A stretch of DNA of 63,048 bases, the filler included, from Corallochytrium limacisporum Hawaii (lineage: Eukaryota > Protista > Pluriformea), in assembly GCA_002811645.1 (NCBI GenBank). It is 3 parts of 3 records of this genome, joined end to end, with 100 filler letters (N's around TTAATTAATTAA, not from the genome) between each part and the next. Parts side by side here need not be neighbours in the genome. Positions count along the whole stretch, not along the records: positions 1 to 31,328 come from PDIP01000118.1; positions 31,429 to 61,942 come from PDIP01000067.1; 1 more part is not named here. One strand, 5' to 3'. Below, piece by piece: positions 22,090 through 34,400 of this stretch (the stretch's first letter is position 1; each line of letters opens with the position of its first letter). The notes under the pieces were generated by a model. The model worked only from the letters and a program-made list of their open reading frames with translations, did no database searches and was not told the DNA's origin. A program made the translations under genes and the position numbers.

Positions 22090-22196
22090 GCTTGGGAAAA
22101 AGAAAGGGTCCGGGAGACTTTTCGGATAAAGACAGAGCGCCAAGCAAAGGTTAGGCTTATGCGAAAAGTCTCCCGGACCCTTTCTTTTTCCCAAGC
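22090..22196. repeat. Perfect 35-bp inverted repeat with 37-nt spacer (hairpin)
   Basis: 22090-22124 GCTTGGGAAAAAGAAAGGGTCCGGGAGACTTTTCG is the exact reverse complement of 22162-22196. The right arm runs into the N-gap. Confidence 0.9.
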
Positions 22197-22356
22197 NNNN
22201 NNNNNNNNNNNNNNNNNNNNNNNNNNNNNNNNNNNNNNNNNNNNNNNNNNNNNNNNNNNNNNNNNNNNNNNNNNNNNNNNNNNNNNNNNNNNNNNNNNNN
22301 NNNNNNNNNNNNNNNNNNNNNNNNNNNNNNNNNNNNNNNNNNNNNNNNNNNNNNNN
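22197..22356. other. Assembly gap (N run)
   Basis: Ns flanked by the hairpin arm on the left and a poly-C tract on the right. Confidence 0.99.
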
Positions 22357-23047
22357 CCCCCCCCGGGGCCTCACTCACAGGGGGGCCCCCCAAAGGAGCG
22401 GGGGATGGGCGCTGGGGAGGGGCGCGCTGTGGCGGGGGAGTTGTACAAGTTTTCAGAAGTGGTCGACCTGCCTTGCGAGTATGGAACCCGTGACTACCAC
22501 GTTTCCGGGGGGGGAGAGTCCTAGCGGTTCCCCCCGGGGGGAAGTCCGAAAGCGAACGGCCAAGCAAAAAGGAAAACGAGGAAATGGAGAAAGAAAAACC
22601 TATGTGACCTGACGGGGAAGGGCCCGACGATAAAGAAGTTCGGAGCCCATTGTTGTGGAATTCACCAACGCGCGCAGAGCAACGTTCAATTTCTTTTCCT
22701 TGTTTTTTCTTTCCTTCTTGTTATGGCTTCGCGGAGACCCCCCCTCTGAGGAGGGTGAGCCGAGGGAGTAGGTGATTGGGGAGGGTGGGTTGAAGTACCG
22801 TGCGCCGGGAAAAAGGCCGAAACGCCGTCTCACGCAATGAAATGTGATACATTTCACTCAGAACCGAAGTATGTGGATCTACTGATGGCTACGTTCCATG
22901 AGGAGGTAGAAGAATGAATGTACACGACAGTATGGACGCTCATTACAACATTTTCAAATATCGAGGAAGCTTTTGGGATAGACTTATCTATTCTCTGGGG
23001 AGTTTGGTCGTAGCCATCTTGTAGATCAAAATTACCAATACCCAGCC

Positions 23048-25012
23048 ATGTCGAACTACGGGAGGTACCAAGGGTTTGGCCGCGACGATATATACGGGAG
23101 ATCTGGTGGATCTGGTGGATCTGGTCGCGGTGGTGGAGCCAAGGGGGTGACCTATGAGGAATTAGAGCAGCTCATTGATCACGCATGCCAAACCCGTTCT
23201 GCGGAACCGGACTGGAACGCCGGTATGCAATTCTGTGATCTTGTCGCCATGAAACCCGGCGAGGGTAGTCGATGGGCCGCTTCTTTAATCATTGATCGTG
23301 TACGCTACGGTAACGAACAGGTCGCTTTGAACTCATTGCAGATCCTGCAGGCATGTGTGAACAACTGTGGACGAAACTTCCACAGGGTCATTGGTCAGTT
23401 TAAGTTCCTGAATGAGCTGATCAAGCAGGTTAGTCGAAAATATTACAACAACACGCCAGAACCGGTTCGACGCAAAATTCTGGAAGTGATCCAGCAATGT
23501 GCACACGATCTGAAACACGAGCCCAAAATTCAGGAAGCCTATGAGATGCTTAAGCGCCAGGGGTGCGAATTCCCCATGTTGTCCCAGGAGAGCACTACTA
23601 GCGTAACTGCGCAAACCGGATTCCTCAACAAAGACGAAGCACGGCGCAAGAATTCGGTCGAGTACAAGGAAAAGAACAAACTATTGGGTAGACTGCTGAA
23701 ATCAACAGATCCGGAGGACCTGAAGGCGGCCAACCTTCTGATCAAGGAGATGGTTGAGGGTGATGCCAACGCGCCGGATGAAACGGACAAGAAGATCCGC
23801 GAAGATCTGAACTTTGCAAGGAACAACATTACTCTGTTGCGCGACATGCTTAGTGCACACAATGTGGAGACGGACGGGCCGTTGGAGAACAACGAACTGA
23901 TTCAAGAGTTCTATAAGGCATGCACCACTATTGGACCGAAACTTGCGCGCTTGATCACAGAACTCGAGGAGGAGGAGGATGACATATCGGAAGCGACCGC
24001 GGTCATGCAGGATCTCAGTGAAACCCTGGGAATGTATGAGGCCGCCGTTGAGGGCAAGGAGTACACTGCCACACCGGGGAGTGCCGGAGGCCAGGGTGGA
24101 TCCTCAGGTCTGGATGATCAGCTCATCGATTTCGGGTTTGATGATATGCCTGCCATGTCAGGCAGCGGAGCGCCATCATCGGGACCGACTGGTGACATTC
24201 TTGGAGACCAGCTGAGCAGCCTGGGCCTCGGTGGGCTGGACGCACCGATGATTCCTCCCCAGCAGCAGCAGACACAGCCTCCCGCGGGCTTAATGGGCGG
24301 TATAATGGGAACAGGAGCACCCACGACGACGTCAGCAGCACCGCCTGCAACGATGGGCGGTAGTGATCTGCTGGGAATGATGGGAGGACCCACCGCCGGT
24401 GCTACAACGGCTCCCGCTGCAGCAACAAAGAAGCCTTCTGAAGCAAAGGGCAGTGATCCATTCGCTGGACTCTTCGGTGGCCCTCCGGCATCATCAGCAA
24501 CTGGAGCTGATCCTGCTGCCCCAACGGCGGCCACCACGGGCGGCGCCACCGGCGGCAACAGTATGGACCTCCTGGGAGATTTAATGGGAGGATCGACAAC
24601 GCCCGCAGCAGCCACTCCCCCTGTTGTTCCTACTGCTGCGGCTGCTGCCCCAGCTGCCGTTGCAGCTAATGGTGAGGAAGTCCGTTTGTACAAGAAGCGT
24701 GGCCTGGTCATTACCGCCAAGATGGAGGTCCCGGCCAACGCCGGTGACAAATCTGCCACTCTGACCTTCACCAACAAACTCGCGGATCCAATGGAAAACT
24801 TTGTGTTCCAAGCCGCAGTGCCGAAGAGTATGAAGCTGCGCCTGGAGGCACCCAGTGGTACGACTCTTCCCGCGTACAGTCCGACAGTGCAACCGATTAC
24901 ACAGCGCATTCATATTGAAGGCGCCGCTGGACAGTCTGTACCCGTGCGCTTCAAGTTGAGCTATACCTGTGACGGTGATCAGGAAGAAGAGAACGCTGAG
25001 GGCTCGTTGTAG
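23048..25012 (+). CDS. GGA: GGA clathrin adaptor (VHS-GAT-hinge-GAE)
   Basis: VHS (ACVNNCGRNFH..FKFLNELIK), GAT (LLKSTDPEDLKAANLLIKEMV), hinge with LIDF/DLLG/DPF motifs, gamma-ear (FVFQAAVPKSMKLRLEAPSGTTLP). Confidence 0.93.
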   Translation: MSNYGRYQGFGRDDIYGRSGGSGGSGRGGGAKGVTYEELEQLIDHACQTRSAEPDWNAGMQFCDLVAMKPGEGSRWAASLIIDRVRYGNEQVALNSLQILQACVNNCGRNFHRVIGQFKFLNELIKQVSRKYYNNTPEPVRRKILEVIQQCAHDLKHEPKIQEAYEMLKRQGCEFPMLSQESTTSVTAQTGFLNKDEARRKNSVEYKEKNKLLGRLLKSTDPEDLKAANLLIKEMVEGDANAPDETDKKIREDLNFARNNITLLRDMLSAHNVETDGPLENNELIQEFYKACTTIGPKLARLITELEEEEDDISEATAVMQDLSETLGMYEAAVEGKEYTATPGSAGGQGGSSGLDDQLIDFGFDDMPAMSGSGAPSSGPTGDILGDQLSSLGLGGLDAPMIPPQQQQTQPPAGLMGGIMGTGAPTTTSAAPPATMGGSDLLGMMGGPTAGATTAPAAATKKPSEAKGSDPFAGLFGGPPASSATGADPAAPTAATTGGATGGNSMDLLGDLMGGSTTPAAATPPVVPTAAAAAPAAVAANGEEVRLYKKRGLVITAKMEVPANAGDKSATLTFTNKLADPMENFVFQAAVPKSMKLRLEAPSGTTLPAYSPTVQPITQRIHIEGAAGQSVPVRFKLSYTCDGDQEEENAEGSL

Positions 25013-28000
25013 AGAGAACCTGACGGGCGGAACGAAATCTAGTATCGCGAATCTCAGAAAACCATGAGACCTTGGGTTTGCAACCTGTTTTAGTTTTGAA
25101 TTTGGTACACAAGGCATGCGAACACTGCTACAGAAAATAGAGCAACTCAATACTTTACAATTTACACTGGAATCGGCTTCATGTTAATATTTTACCCCAA
25201 TGAATCTACAGTTTTAAGATCTACAAGATATGTAATGATATGCTATAGTGATGTTGATGGAACAGCCACACCGAGAACCGCATGACCAAGTAAGATATTC
25301 TAGTTTTTAAATCAGATTTGGTTTAGCCCGCGTCCGCGCGATTCGGCGAAGATCCTTCTCATTCGTCGAGATGTACGCATAGATTACCACCTGAAGGACA
25401 GTAAGGAAGGCCAAAAATCGCACAAAGCTCATCAGTTCCGTGTCATCGACCATGGTTGCTGTTGTTGTTTCTATTGACGCCCTACTGAACAGGTCACATA
25501 CCTAGCTAGTTCAAATAGTTTCTTTCAGGATTGTAAGAAATAGCACAGACTTAAGTACCAATCGAATATGCGACCAGAACATATACGTATTCAGCTTAAT
25601 GAAGCGAAACTGCTTCAGTGTTGTCGTCCTGGTCACACTTGCCCAACCCACCACAGCGCACCCCACTCGAAAAGCCAAACAATGCGAGGGGTGCCCCTGG
25701 TCCCCCCCTGAGAGACGGCTCTGTTAAAATAGACTCCCGATATAAAGAAAGTTTAAATAGACTCCTAACTGGCCCAGTTGGGGGAGGGGGTCGCCCAAGG
25801 TGGAAATGCGGGCTTCCCTATATGCCCACTGCGCACGTTTGTCTCCCTCGTCACCATCATGAACCCGTTACCAAAAGCAACATCATGCATGCTTGTTGAA
25901 ACATCGTAGTTTGAGTAATTTTTCACCAAAAAGCAGTAGGAATATCATATCACCAGTTTTTTCTTGCTCTTTGTACAATGTTTACACCGTATGCATTGCA
26001 GACTCACGGGATCCCTTGTGAATTTGTTCAACGGGAGTCGCTGAAGGACGAGACAGCGAATCGAAGGTCTAATTGGCAAGGAAGCCAATACGTTGGCCAA
26101 AGTCGATGGCAACAATGTCTCTAAGTCAATGCACCAGTGGTGATATCCTTGAAACATATGGTTTCGGCATATCTTCGCTCCCAATCGTTTCAATCAAGGC
26201 ATGTAACTTGGTGCGTTCATTAGCTTTCGAGTTGAAGGATTTCAGTTTCCAATTTTCACTGCAAATCACATGCCTTTCCTGGCGGCACCAACTACACATG
26301 CCTACGACACTGCTACCGCATGGCTTTGTTCATGGCGTGCCAAACCAATAGAAGATTTTGGAAACCAAATGGGATTCGGGTCATGCAGTACCTCAGACAG
26401 GAGGACACGATATACGTTCCATACTTGAGAGAGAACTGTCCTCTATTTCAAAAGCCTGACCGGTGATACTAAATTGGCAACAAAACATGTTGCCGGAATC
26501 CTCAAACATACGACAGACTTGTACTTAATGAAGCTCAGGAATCGCTAGCAATGCGTCCATAACATGCAAGTTAGCCCGTTGTCCGGTTGTTGGTCCGCCC
26601 ACGGATGACTCTTGTTTAGGTTCTGTGCATCTTTTTGTTCCAAAACACTGAAACACAAGCAACGTTGGTTTTATTTGCGTTATGTACTACATTCGCTCAC
26701 TCATGTCAACTTGGCCACGTCAATAGTACAACACAGCATTCACGCACACACTCATCTGCTTCACCCCAGAGGTCCTGGGTCAAAGTCTGGCGAAAGTAGT
26801 AAACTACTTTATATCCTGACTAGCTTTATAATGCTACCCTTCAATGCACCGGCCCTAACTCTACATTTATTATGTATCTGTTTTCGACATATTTACTTAT
26901 TTTAATATACCTTATAGTGAATATTTTTAATTTGTCTTCATTCTCCTCCCTCCCCGTACGCAGTTTCCTTCGCCCTCACTCAGCTCTCACGGGGGGAGGG
27001 GGAGCGATGACTTGGACAATATTTGCTTGGGATGCCTTCTCTTCCGTCGTACACTTCTTGGCTTTTTCTCTGTAAATTTCCCTTGCTACGCTTTCTGTGG
27101 CACCTTCGCCCGGCTCTCTGGGTTGGGTTCCGATGAATTTCTGGGCTTTGGAGTGGGCGCAGAAGGAAGGGCAGAAGTCGTCCAAAGGGGCCCAGAGGGG
27201 CGGGGGACCACACGCACGGGCAGCGGGCCGGATCTCCCAGCGCTGCAACTCTTGCCTGCCTCGTCCTCCTCCACCCAAGTTTTTTCTTAGCGTGCCATTC
27301 CCAGCGGTGCCCACCAACTCGGATCGTTGCCCATCGGGTCACGCACACTTAATTTGTAAATCACCAAGGGGCGGGTAACATTGCACCAACATCGGTAGGT
27401 CGTGCGGCTTTGCGCACACACAGGCCCTGCGGCGTTTGAACCCGGTCCCCCTCGGTGCGGCCTGGACACCGAGCCGCGGCTTTGAGCGACAGACAGCTGG
27501 GGTGTACGTGGTACCAACTGTGAATGGGGATAGTGGAAGGATATCTGTGATATGCGCTAATTCGCCATTTTATAACGAAGACAAAGGGCGGGGAAGGAGC
27601 AATTGGGGGGAGGGGCGGTGGGGAGGGGCGAAGGGCAGGGAAAGTGGGAGAGGGGAAAGGGCCGGGTGGTGGGGGGGGGGAAAACCCAGGGGGGCAGCCA
27701 CCGAAACCCACAGAGGAATAGCAGAATGGTCCCAAAATAGAATTGACTAGACTAGGGAATGATGCGCAGTCTTGCACTACCGCACTCAAAGATGAGATTT
27801 GCGCGAGGGGTACAGATCGGGGCAGCCCCATCGATCAGTTCTGCTCCAGGCCACACCGTGATGCCTGTATGTGGCAGATGAAACTGAACTGGTACAGCAG
27901 TCAAGCCTCGTCAGATGTGGGCTAGCCGCACGCTGAGCCGTGATGCGTTAATGAGATTCATGCTCGCTTAAGCTCTGTCTGGAGGATTGAAGAGAGCTAT

Positions 28001-28132
28001 TAAGAGTGGGAGAGTCATTAAACTGAGCTCCTATTGGGCATGGAGGCCGTTCGTTCGACAATTAAAGAGAGGAACTGTTCACAAAAACACCATAGACAGG
28101 AGTCACAGTACATACACAGAGATCTTACCATT

Positions 28133-31066
28133 ATGGCACCTCATTCTACTACCCAGGGTGTCGAGCCCACCCTGAGCACAGTCGCACAGAAACATGCCAC
28201 CAAATTGAGTAAAGTTCAGGGTCCCGAGGACACCGTGGATGGCTTGCTACGGATCGGTGCCTTGCTGCAGGATCTACGTATGGAAGTTGGTATCGCTCAA
28301 GAAACGATCTCAGACAACCAGGCCCAAGCACAGCGTCTCAGCCGGTTTGCTGATGAGGTGGATAGTCTGGTAAACCGGTGCAACATGTCACTGCTCGACA
28401 TGCAGGCGGCCTTTGGAGATGACCATGAAATCTTTGGCGAGGAGACCGACCTCGTTGACATGACCCCAGAACAGATGATTGAAAGAATTCTGTATCTGTA
28501 TGCTAATCGTCGCGTGTTTGCTGCATGTGCAGCGCTTCGGAGAGTCCGTGCACTTCGCTGTGCGATGGAGGAGGACTGCAGCCGAAGCCGCTTAGATGCG
28601 TTATTTGCTGCTTATCCGTCCATGTTTCGTGCCCTCCGCGATGAGGTTAAAACGTTCACGATCGTATGGGAACGGATTGTCTACGGCGAGCTCTGGGAGA
28701 CTGTGAAGTGCCGTGGGACATTTAAATTGCAGAAGCCGACCATTAAGACACCTGGCAATGCACAGATCCTGGACGAGAAACCTGAAAGCACTGACAGCAG
28801 CCCAGCGAGGTCCTCGTCAAAGGACAAGCAAGAGAGTGATCACAGCGACCGAAGCGCAGAACATCGTTTCATTGAGTGGCGTGGTGAACACTATGTGCAT
28901 ATGCCGATGGAGAGCTTCCTTTCCGTGATCCATGAGCCGGAGCGTTGGTCCGGATTCATGCCCTTTGTGTCTGAGGCACGTATGATCAAGATTGTTGGCA
29001 AAGGAGAGTACTTAGTGCAGATTGCATTTGACTTCGGTAACGGTGTTAAACGCAGTACCACTGTCGTGGCTAAGGTCTACGATTGCATGGACCCGCGGGA
29101 GGAGGATGCTGTGGTACAGCCCAAAGGATTCGTGTTACACTGCGAGACAGTCACCGCCTTTGACGACATGATATTCTCCAACGAAATGATAAAAGTAAGC
29201 AGCGTTAAGAGAGCTGTGGTGGGTGGAAAGATGAAGAAAAAGGTTACAGGCACAAAGATTCACGCCAATTTGCGTGCATTTGATCTGCTTTACATGATTG
29301 ATCCTGACACCCACGGATGTGGCATGCTCAGCTGTGTGTTGCAGATTGATCCCAGGGTCGAGTCCGGTACTCACTCCAAGGTGCGTGCTTTCCTTGGCAA
29401 CTCTATCAGGAAAGTGATTGATGGCGTTGCCACTGAATCCAAGCTTGTGGGTATGAACAAGCACTATGAGCACTGCCAGGAGCGAGATCAGAAGTACTGG
29501 GAATGGATCAAGCTCCGTATGACGCAGACGAAACTTGATGTGGCTGCTGTTGGTGTTGAGGACGAAACTGACACGGATGATGGTCTCGAGATCTCCCGAG
29601 AAGAAAGCGACCCCCTGACCCAGTCCGTGATGTACGCAATCAAGCAGATTGGTGAGGCGCGCTACGCTCTGGTGGACGATATTTTAAAGCGCTTGGAGAT
29701 TGATTTGCAATCTCCAGAGCATCGAGACAGCCAGGACGCCGCCAATGTGCGTCGCATCCTGGAAGAACACAAGGACCTCATCGAGGACACCAAGGAACGC
29801 ATTAAACGGATGCGCGCTGCCGAGAAGGATTTCTACGACGTGGACGAGCGCTGGACGCTCGCTTATGAAACGCATGGCCTGAAGGTGCACTACCGCATGA
29901 ACGGCCCGGCCGACAACCACAACGTCCTACTGCGTATTGAGTCGGAGATCCAGTGCAACCTCTTCCATCTGTTGGCCGTAATTTACGAATCGGATCTGTG
30001 GAGCCGCTGGCTTCCCTTCTGTACGGACTCCCTCACGCTCGAGAACACCAGCCGCACAGAGCAAGTCGCTTACCAGCGGCTAGGCATGCCTTTTTTCCCA
30101 CGCGATGCTATCTACAGCGCCTTCGGTGTGAACATGCTCGAGGAATCTGGCAAGCTCATTTGCCTTGGTAGATCTGTCACGCAAGAAGATTACCCACACT
30201 TAGATTTCCCCAAACCCAAAGGTTTCGGTGCCAGCCGCATGATCTACAGGGACATAAATCTACAAGTTGAACCAAGCGGAGGTGACTCATGCGTGGGGAC
30301 TCTCTTAGTGTCCGTAGACCCCAACATCAAGACCATCCCTCAGAGCCTCATAGACTTTGTCATCAAGCGTTTCGCCGCACTTATCTTCTTTGCCATGGTC
30401 AAGGAAGCTCGGAAAGTACAAGAGTGCGTGGAGCAGGGCAAGTCCAACATTTATCTGGATCGCATCGCCGACAAGGACTACTTCTATAAGTGGGCACGAG
30501 GCTATTACGATCGTTTCTTCCAGGAGAACGCAGCAGGTGGCACGATGGGTGGCCATGCAGTAGTTCAGTGCAAATCTGTTGGAGGTAAGATCCGCCGACT
30601 ACGTTCTACTCGTAGCCTGGGGTTCACGCAGTCTGCCTCCCTCGATACTCTCGAATCTTTGGATTCCATTACTTCCCTACGGTCTGTCAGTGGTGGGTTG
30701 GGTGAGAAGCAGACACCGACTTATCGGAAGCGGAGCGTCGTTGGCTCCATCCATGGAACCACCAAGCAACGGCAGGAGCTGAGTCTGGAAACAGTGATGT
30801 GTGTTTTTGACCTCGGTGACGGAAAATCCCTTGACATGGATCGGTTCCTCACCGTCTTCCTGGCCCTGATACCCTTGCTGGCTGTTCTGACAGGATATCT
30901 TGACGGAGTTTTCCAGGGGAAGATGTTTGTGACGATGATTAGCGCTGTGGGTCTGTACTTGATCGGCGCTGCTCGAAGTGGCAAGAGCGTAGAGCTCCCC
31001 ATTGTTGTCGCCATGTATGTATTTAGCGTCCTGGCGCTCTCCACTATCGTTGACATAATATTCTAG
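28133..31066 (+). CDS. Protein with two START/SRPBCC-like lipid-binding domains and C-terminal TM helices
   Basis: Two related units (FLSVIHEPERWSGFMPFV; LLAVIYESDLWSRWLPFC..PFFPRDAI..VDPNIKTIPQSLIDFVIK) and about 3 hydrophobic helices at the C-terminus. The start is uncertain (ATG 28040 or 28133). Confidence 0.7.
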   Translation: MAPHSTTQGVEPTLSTVAQKHATKLSKVQGPEDTVDGLLRIGALLQDLRMEVGIAQETISDNQAQAQRLSRFADEVDSLVNRCNMSLLDMQAAFGDDHEIFGEETDLVDMTPEQMIERILYLYANRRVFAACAALRRVRALRCAMEEDCSRSRLDALFAAYPSMFRALRDEVKTFTIVWERIVYGELWETVKCRGTFKLQKPTIKTPGNAQILDEKPESTDSSPARSSSKDKQESDHSDRSAEHRFIEWRGEHYVHMPMESFLSVIHEPERWSGFMPFVSEARMIKIVGKGEYLVQIAFDFGNGVKRSTTVVAKVYDCMDPREEDAVVQPKGFVLHCETVTAFDDMIFSNEMIKVSSVKRAVVGGKMKKKVTGTKIHANLRAFDLLYMIDPDTHGCGMLSCVLQIDPRVESGTHSKVRAFLGNSIRKVIDGVATESKLVGMNKHYEHCQERDQKYWEWIKLRMTQTKLDVAAVGVEDETDTDDGLEISREESDPLTQSVMYAIKQIGEARYALVDDILKRLEIDLQSPEHRDSQDAANVRRILEEHKDLIEDTKERIKRMRAAEKDFYDVDERWTLAYETHGLKVHYRMNGPADNHNVLLRIESEIQCNLFHLLAVIYESDLWSRWLPFCTDSLTLENTSRTEQVAYQRLGMPFFPRDAIYSAFGVNMLEESGKLICLGRSVTQEDYPHLDFPKPKGFGASRMIYRDINLQVEPSGGDSCVGTLLVSVDPNIKTIPQSLIDFVIKRFAALIFFAMVKEARKVQECVEQGKSNIYLDRIADKDYFYKWARGYYDRFFQENAAGGTMGGHAVVQCKSVGGKIRRLRSTRSLGFTQSASLDTLESLDSITSLRSVSGGLGEKQTPTYRKRSVVGSIHGTTKQRQELSLETVMCVFDLGDGKSLDMDRFLTVFLALIPLLAVLTGYLDGVFQGKMFVTMISAVGLYLIGAARSGKSVELPIVVAMYVFSVLALSTIVDIIF

Positions 31067-31328
31067 ATTAGTAGTATAGTACTAGACCATCCATGTAAAC
31101 CAGACAGTATTTCGTCTCCAGCCGGGTGTACTCGATCGCGGGCGCCTTCCAATCCCCGGGACCCGCACACATTCTGTTCCGCCCGCTCCAGAATGGAGAC
31201 CCCGTTGACCCTCTTCTCTTTTGCAATCTGCTTCAATTGGGAGTCTAGTCGTTCTCGTTTCGGTTTTTTTTCGTTTTGGCGCGAATGAAGCAACCCTCCC
31301 CCCACCCCCGGGCGGCTCTGTTGGCTTC

Positions 31329-31428
31329 NNNNNNNNNNNNNNNNNNNNNNNNNNNNNNNNNNNNNNNNNNNNTTAATTAATTAANNNNNNNNNNNNNNNN
31401 NNNNNNNNNNNNNNNNNNNNNNNNNNNN
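31329..31428. other. Artificial 100-nt contig-joining spacer (N44-TTAATTAATTAA-N44)
   Basis: TTAATTAATTAA (stops in all frames) embedded in Ns. An identical structure occurs at 61943-62042. Confidence 0.95.
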
Positions 31429-34400
31429 CTCCCAAGCGACGGCAGAGCTAAATCAAAAAGAGTAGATTTGATACAATATTCCCAGACAGAGGGTGGTACC
31501 TCAGATGATAGTGAGGATGGCATCAATTGAATACAGGATTTGCAGTAAACGATTAAAATCAACAATCTGAAATCAACGGTGCTGACGGGGACCAGAAGAT
31601 GGCTGCGCAAGATTCTAGGTGTAAGGACGAAAAATTGAAATCACATATCTGATTCATTTTGATTTTTTATAAGTTTCACATACTGACAGGTGTGAAAATA
31701 TTGCTTGGTCTCCATTCTGACGCCTATGTCGGCATTGTCAGTTGGGACAGTCATTATACTGTCACTGCACCTACAACACCACACGCTCCACATTATCATA
31801 ATGTTCTTGGCCATCACCCAGAACATGTTCAATGGAAGGCAACAGACAGAAATGTACGGAAGGCGTATAGCCCTTACCGCCAACCGCAGCTCCACCAGTG
31901 ACTCATTAGTGTTGGAATCTCCCGCAGACTCAGATACTTATATGCTCGGGACCTGTAGGAAGCCACATGACCTAGGCATCCTAATAGACACTTGAAAACG
32001 ATGCTGGGTACAGGTAATCCTCGTTCCCTTCTGTCGTGTAGGTAACACCTTGCTGCTGTTGTACTGACCAGGTTTTCCGCAAGCAGCTCGAGCTCACGAA
32101 CAGTACTAGTTCATACACTGCGTTCCCCTCCGAACATAGCAACACCAGTCTATGGGTACCAATCCCGGGTGTCAGTACAGGAGCGAGGAAACTGACGCCC
32201 AGAGGGGGGGGCTTTACTGTTTAGGGATTTTGCCGGATTAGCCAGTTACGGTGGTACTTTCAAAACAACGCAAAACGAAAACGATGATGTGCACACAAAT
32301 GCAACGGGCCTAGAAAATTGTTTTGCAGCTCTCTACGGAATTTTGCGAGGGCGGAGAGAGAAGAACTGGGAGAGAATAATGGAGAGAGAGAGCGGTTTTG
32401 CTTTGGGTTGGGGAAGCGAGCAGGTGCCAAACGACCTGAGCGCTCGCACAGCCGAGGGTGTGCAAGCTTTGGAGCGGGAGGAACTTTTTTTTTTTTCTTC
32501 TCCTTTGGCCTTGTATTCTCCGGAGGGGAGGGGGAGGGGGTTTCCAACGAACAAAAAAGAGGCCCCGGAAAACTTCTGCTGACAAATTAAGAGGGACGTG
32601 CCGAAACCGACAGCGCTCAGCATTGCCCCAGACGTCGGAATGGAGCATAATTTCCATAGAAAATGTAGGGTTGTCAGAAGCTTTTTACCTATGTAAAGGA
32701 GGGCTCCCTCTTCCCCATGGCAGTAGGATGATTTGGGGGACCACCCTCCACGCATAGGCCGCTGACACCTGCTGCCCGCTGCTGGCGCTGCGGAGCGTAT
32801 TCATCAGGAAAAATTGCAATTTCCGTTTTCGCCGCGGCCGGCCGGTCCTGCCAGAAATCTATCAGAGCCCCTCGGTTCTGAGTTATTGTGAAGCTTTTGG
32901 CGTATAACGATACTGTTGCTGCTGATAGTCGCATGCATGGACGGCTGGAGGGTTTTTATTGGCGCTGTTTCCTCGCAGGGCAAACGAGGCCCACGGGGCT
33001 ATTATGGTGATGATTTTATTTGTCCCGAGTGCCATTGAGGTTGCCGGTAGTCACGAAATGCCCAAAACGACGATAAAATTCTACGTTTCGGCCTCCATGG
33101 TGCTCAGGCTGTATTTTCTTCTGAACGTGCATGACAAAAAGTCAACACGACAACTCCGTGGAGTGGCGGAGTCTTATTATCCAATGTTTTGAATTCCTTG
33201 AAGTTGTTGCAGTCGTTGCTGTTGTTATGAAGAGTTCCACAGCGGGTTTCTCGGGGTCAACGACTACGGTGGTACTGGACCCTGCGCGTGTAAGTTTTTT
33301 TTCGTCCGTGTCGTCAGTCAGCAACGGGATGTTTTCGGAAGCAAATATTGAAGGCAAACAAAGCGGAACACTACACGACAGTAAGCAACAGCGAGGCTGG
33401 AAAGCAGCAACAGACGGGCCTAATGACATGCCAACCCACTCTTTCCGCCCGTCTGTTACGCAGAGGTCCTACATCATGATGTTGTTGGGGTGGATGGTGT
33501 CGTTGTTGATAGGTGAAACCGAAAGCTCACCATCCAGAGACATCCACCAAATCGATGTCCCCCCAAAGAGGGGCACTCCAGTTCTTCCTTCAGGCACGTT
33601 CAGGATGGGGTCGTGAATGCTACGCAACGAGTTCTTGGTGTACAAGGTCTAAAGATACACCTACGCGGTGTATGTACGCGATGGGACTGCACCTAAACCT
33701 CGTATAGAATCCTGTGGAGCCACACCGAATCACTGTGCTTGAAGAACAGGCGGTCCCAGAGCGTATGAAAAGCGCAAAGAAGATGTAGGCCTGGACATCC
33801 ATCGATCATCCACCAAGGGTCGCACAGAGAGCAAAGCTCTCGATACTGGATAAGCAGTGATGTACATGGGTAACAGAAAGATAGACTTGCATATGTGACG
33901 AAAGAATGAGAAAAAATTCAATGTGTTGGTACGCTGTCAATCTTTTGCGAACGCGGAACCTACACCGCTCCCCCAGCCATCGGGAGTGGCCGTTGAAAAC
34001 AAAGAACACCTAAGCAGCGTGTATTGTGTTAATAAATTCCATCGATGCTTAAAGGCGTTTACAGTGTTTGCCTGGAACGACCCGCTTCCTTCGATGATCG
34101 AGGCGCACGATAAATGAAAGATGGAGGCCGTGGTCTTGGTGCCACCTCGCTGCTACTACCACTTGAACCAAGAGATCATTCTTCCCCAGGAGAGGTCTGC
34201 AGTCCCGGCCCCTGGTTTCTCTGTACCAAACATCAAAAACAGAGTACGTTGGCTGCTTTCCAAATTGGATCCAGCAAACCCGGTTTACAAAGTCTGTCGT
34301 CGTCTGAAACAAACTGCTCCGAAAACCTGGACCCAAGCACTGTGCCGAACTGGGAGCACGCACCTGGGGGCGCTGTTCAGAGAGTATTCGCAAATTAGTC

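Noticed and set aside
31373-31384. TTAATTAATTAA island inside Ns (also 61987-61998) as a biological motif or piggyBac-like TTAA site
   Set aside because: Identical 100-nt N-padded structure occurring twice; an assembly linker with stops in all frames.
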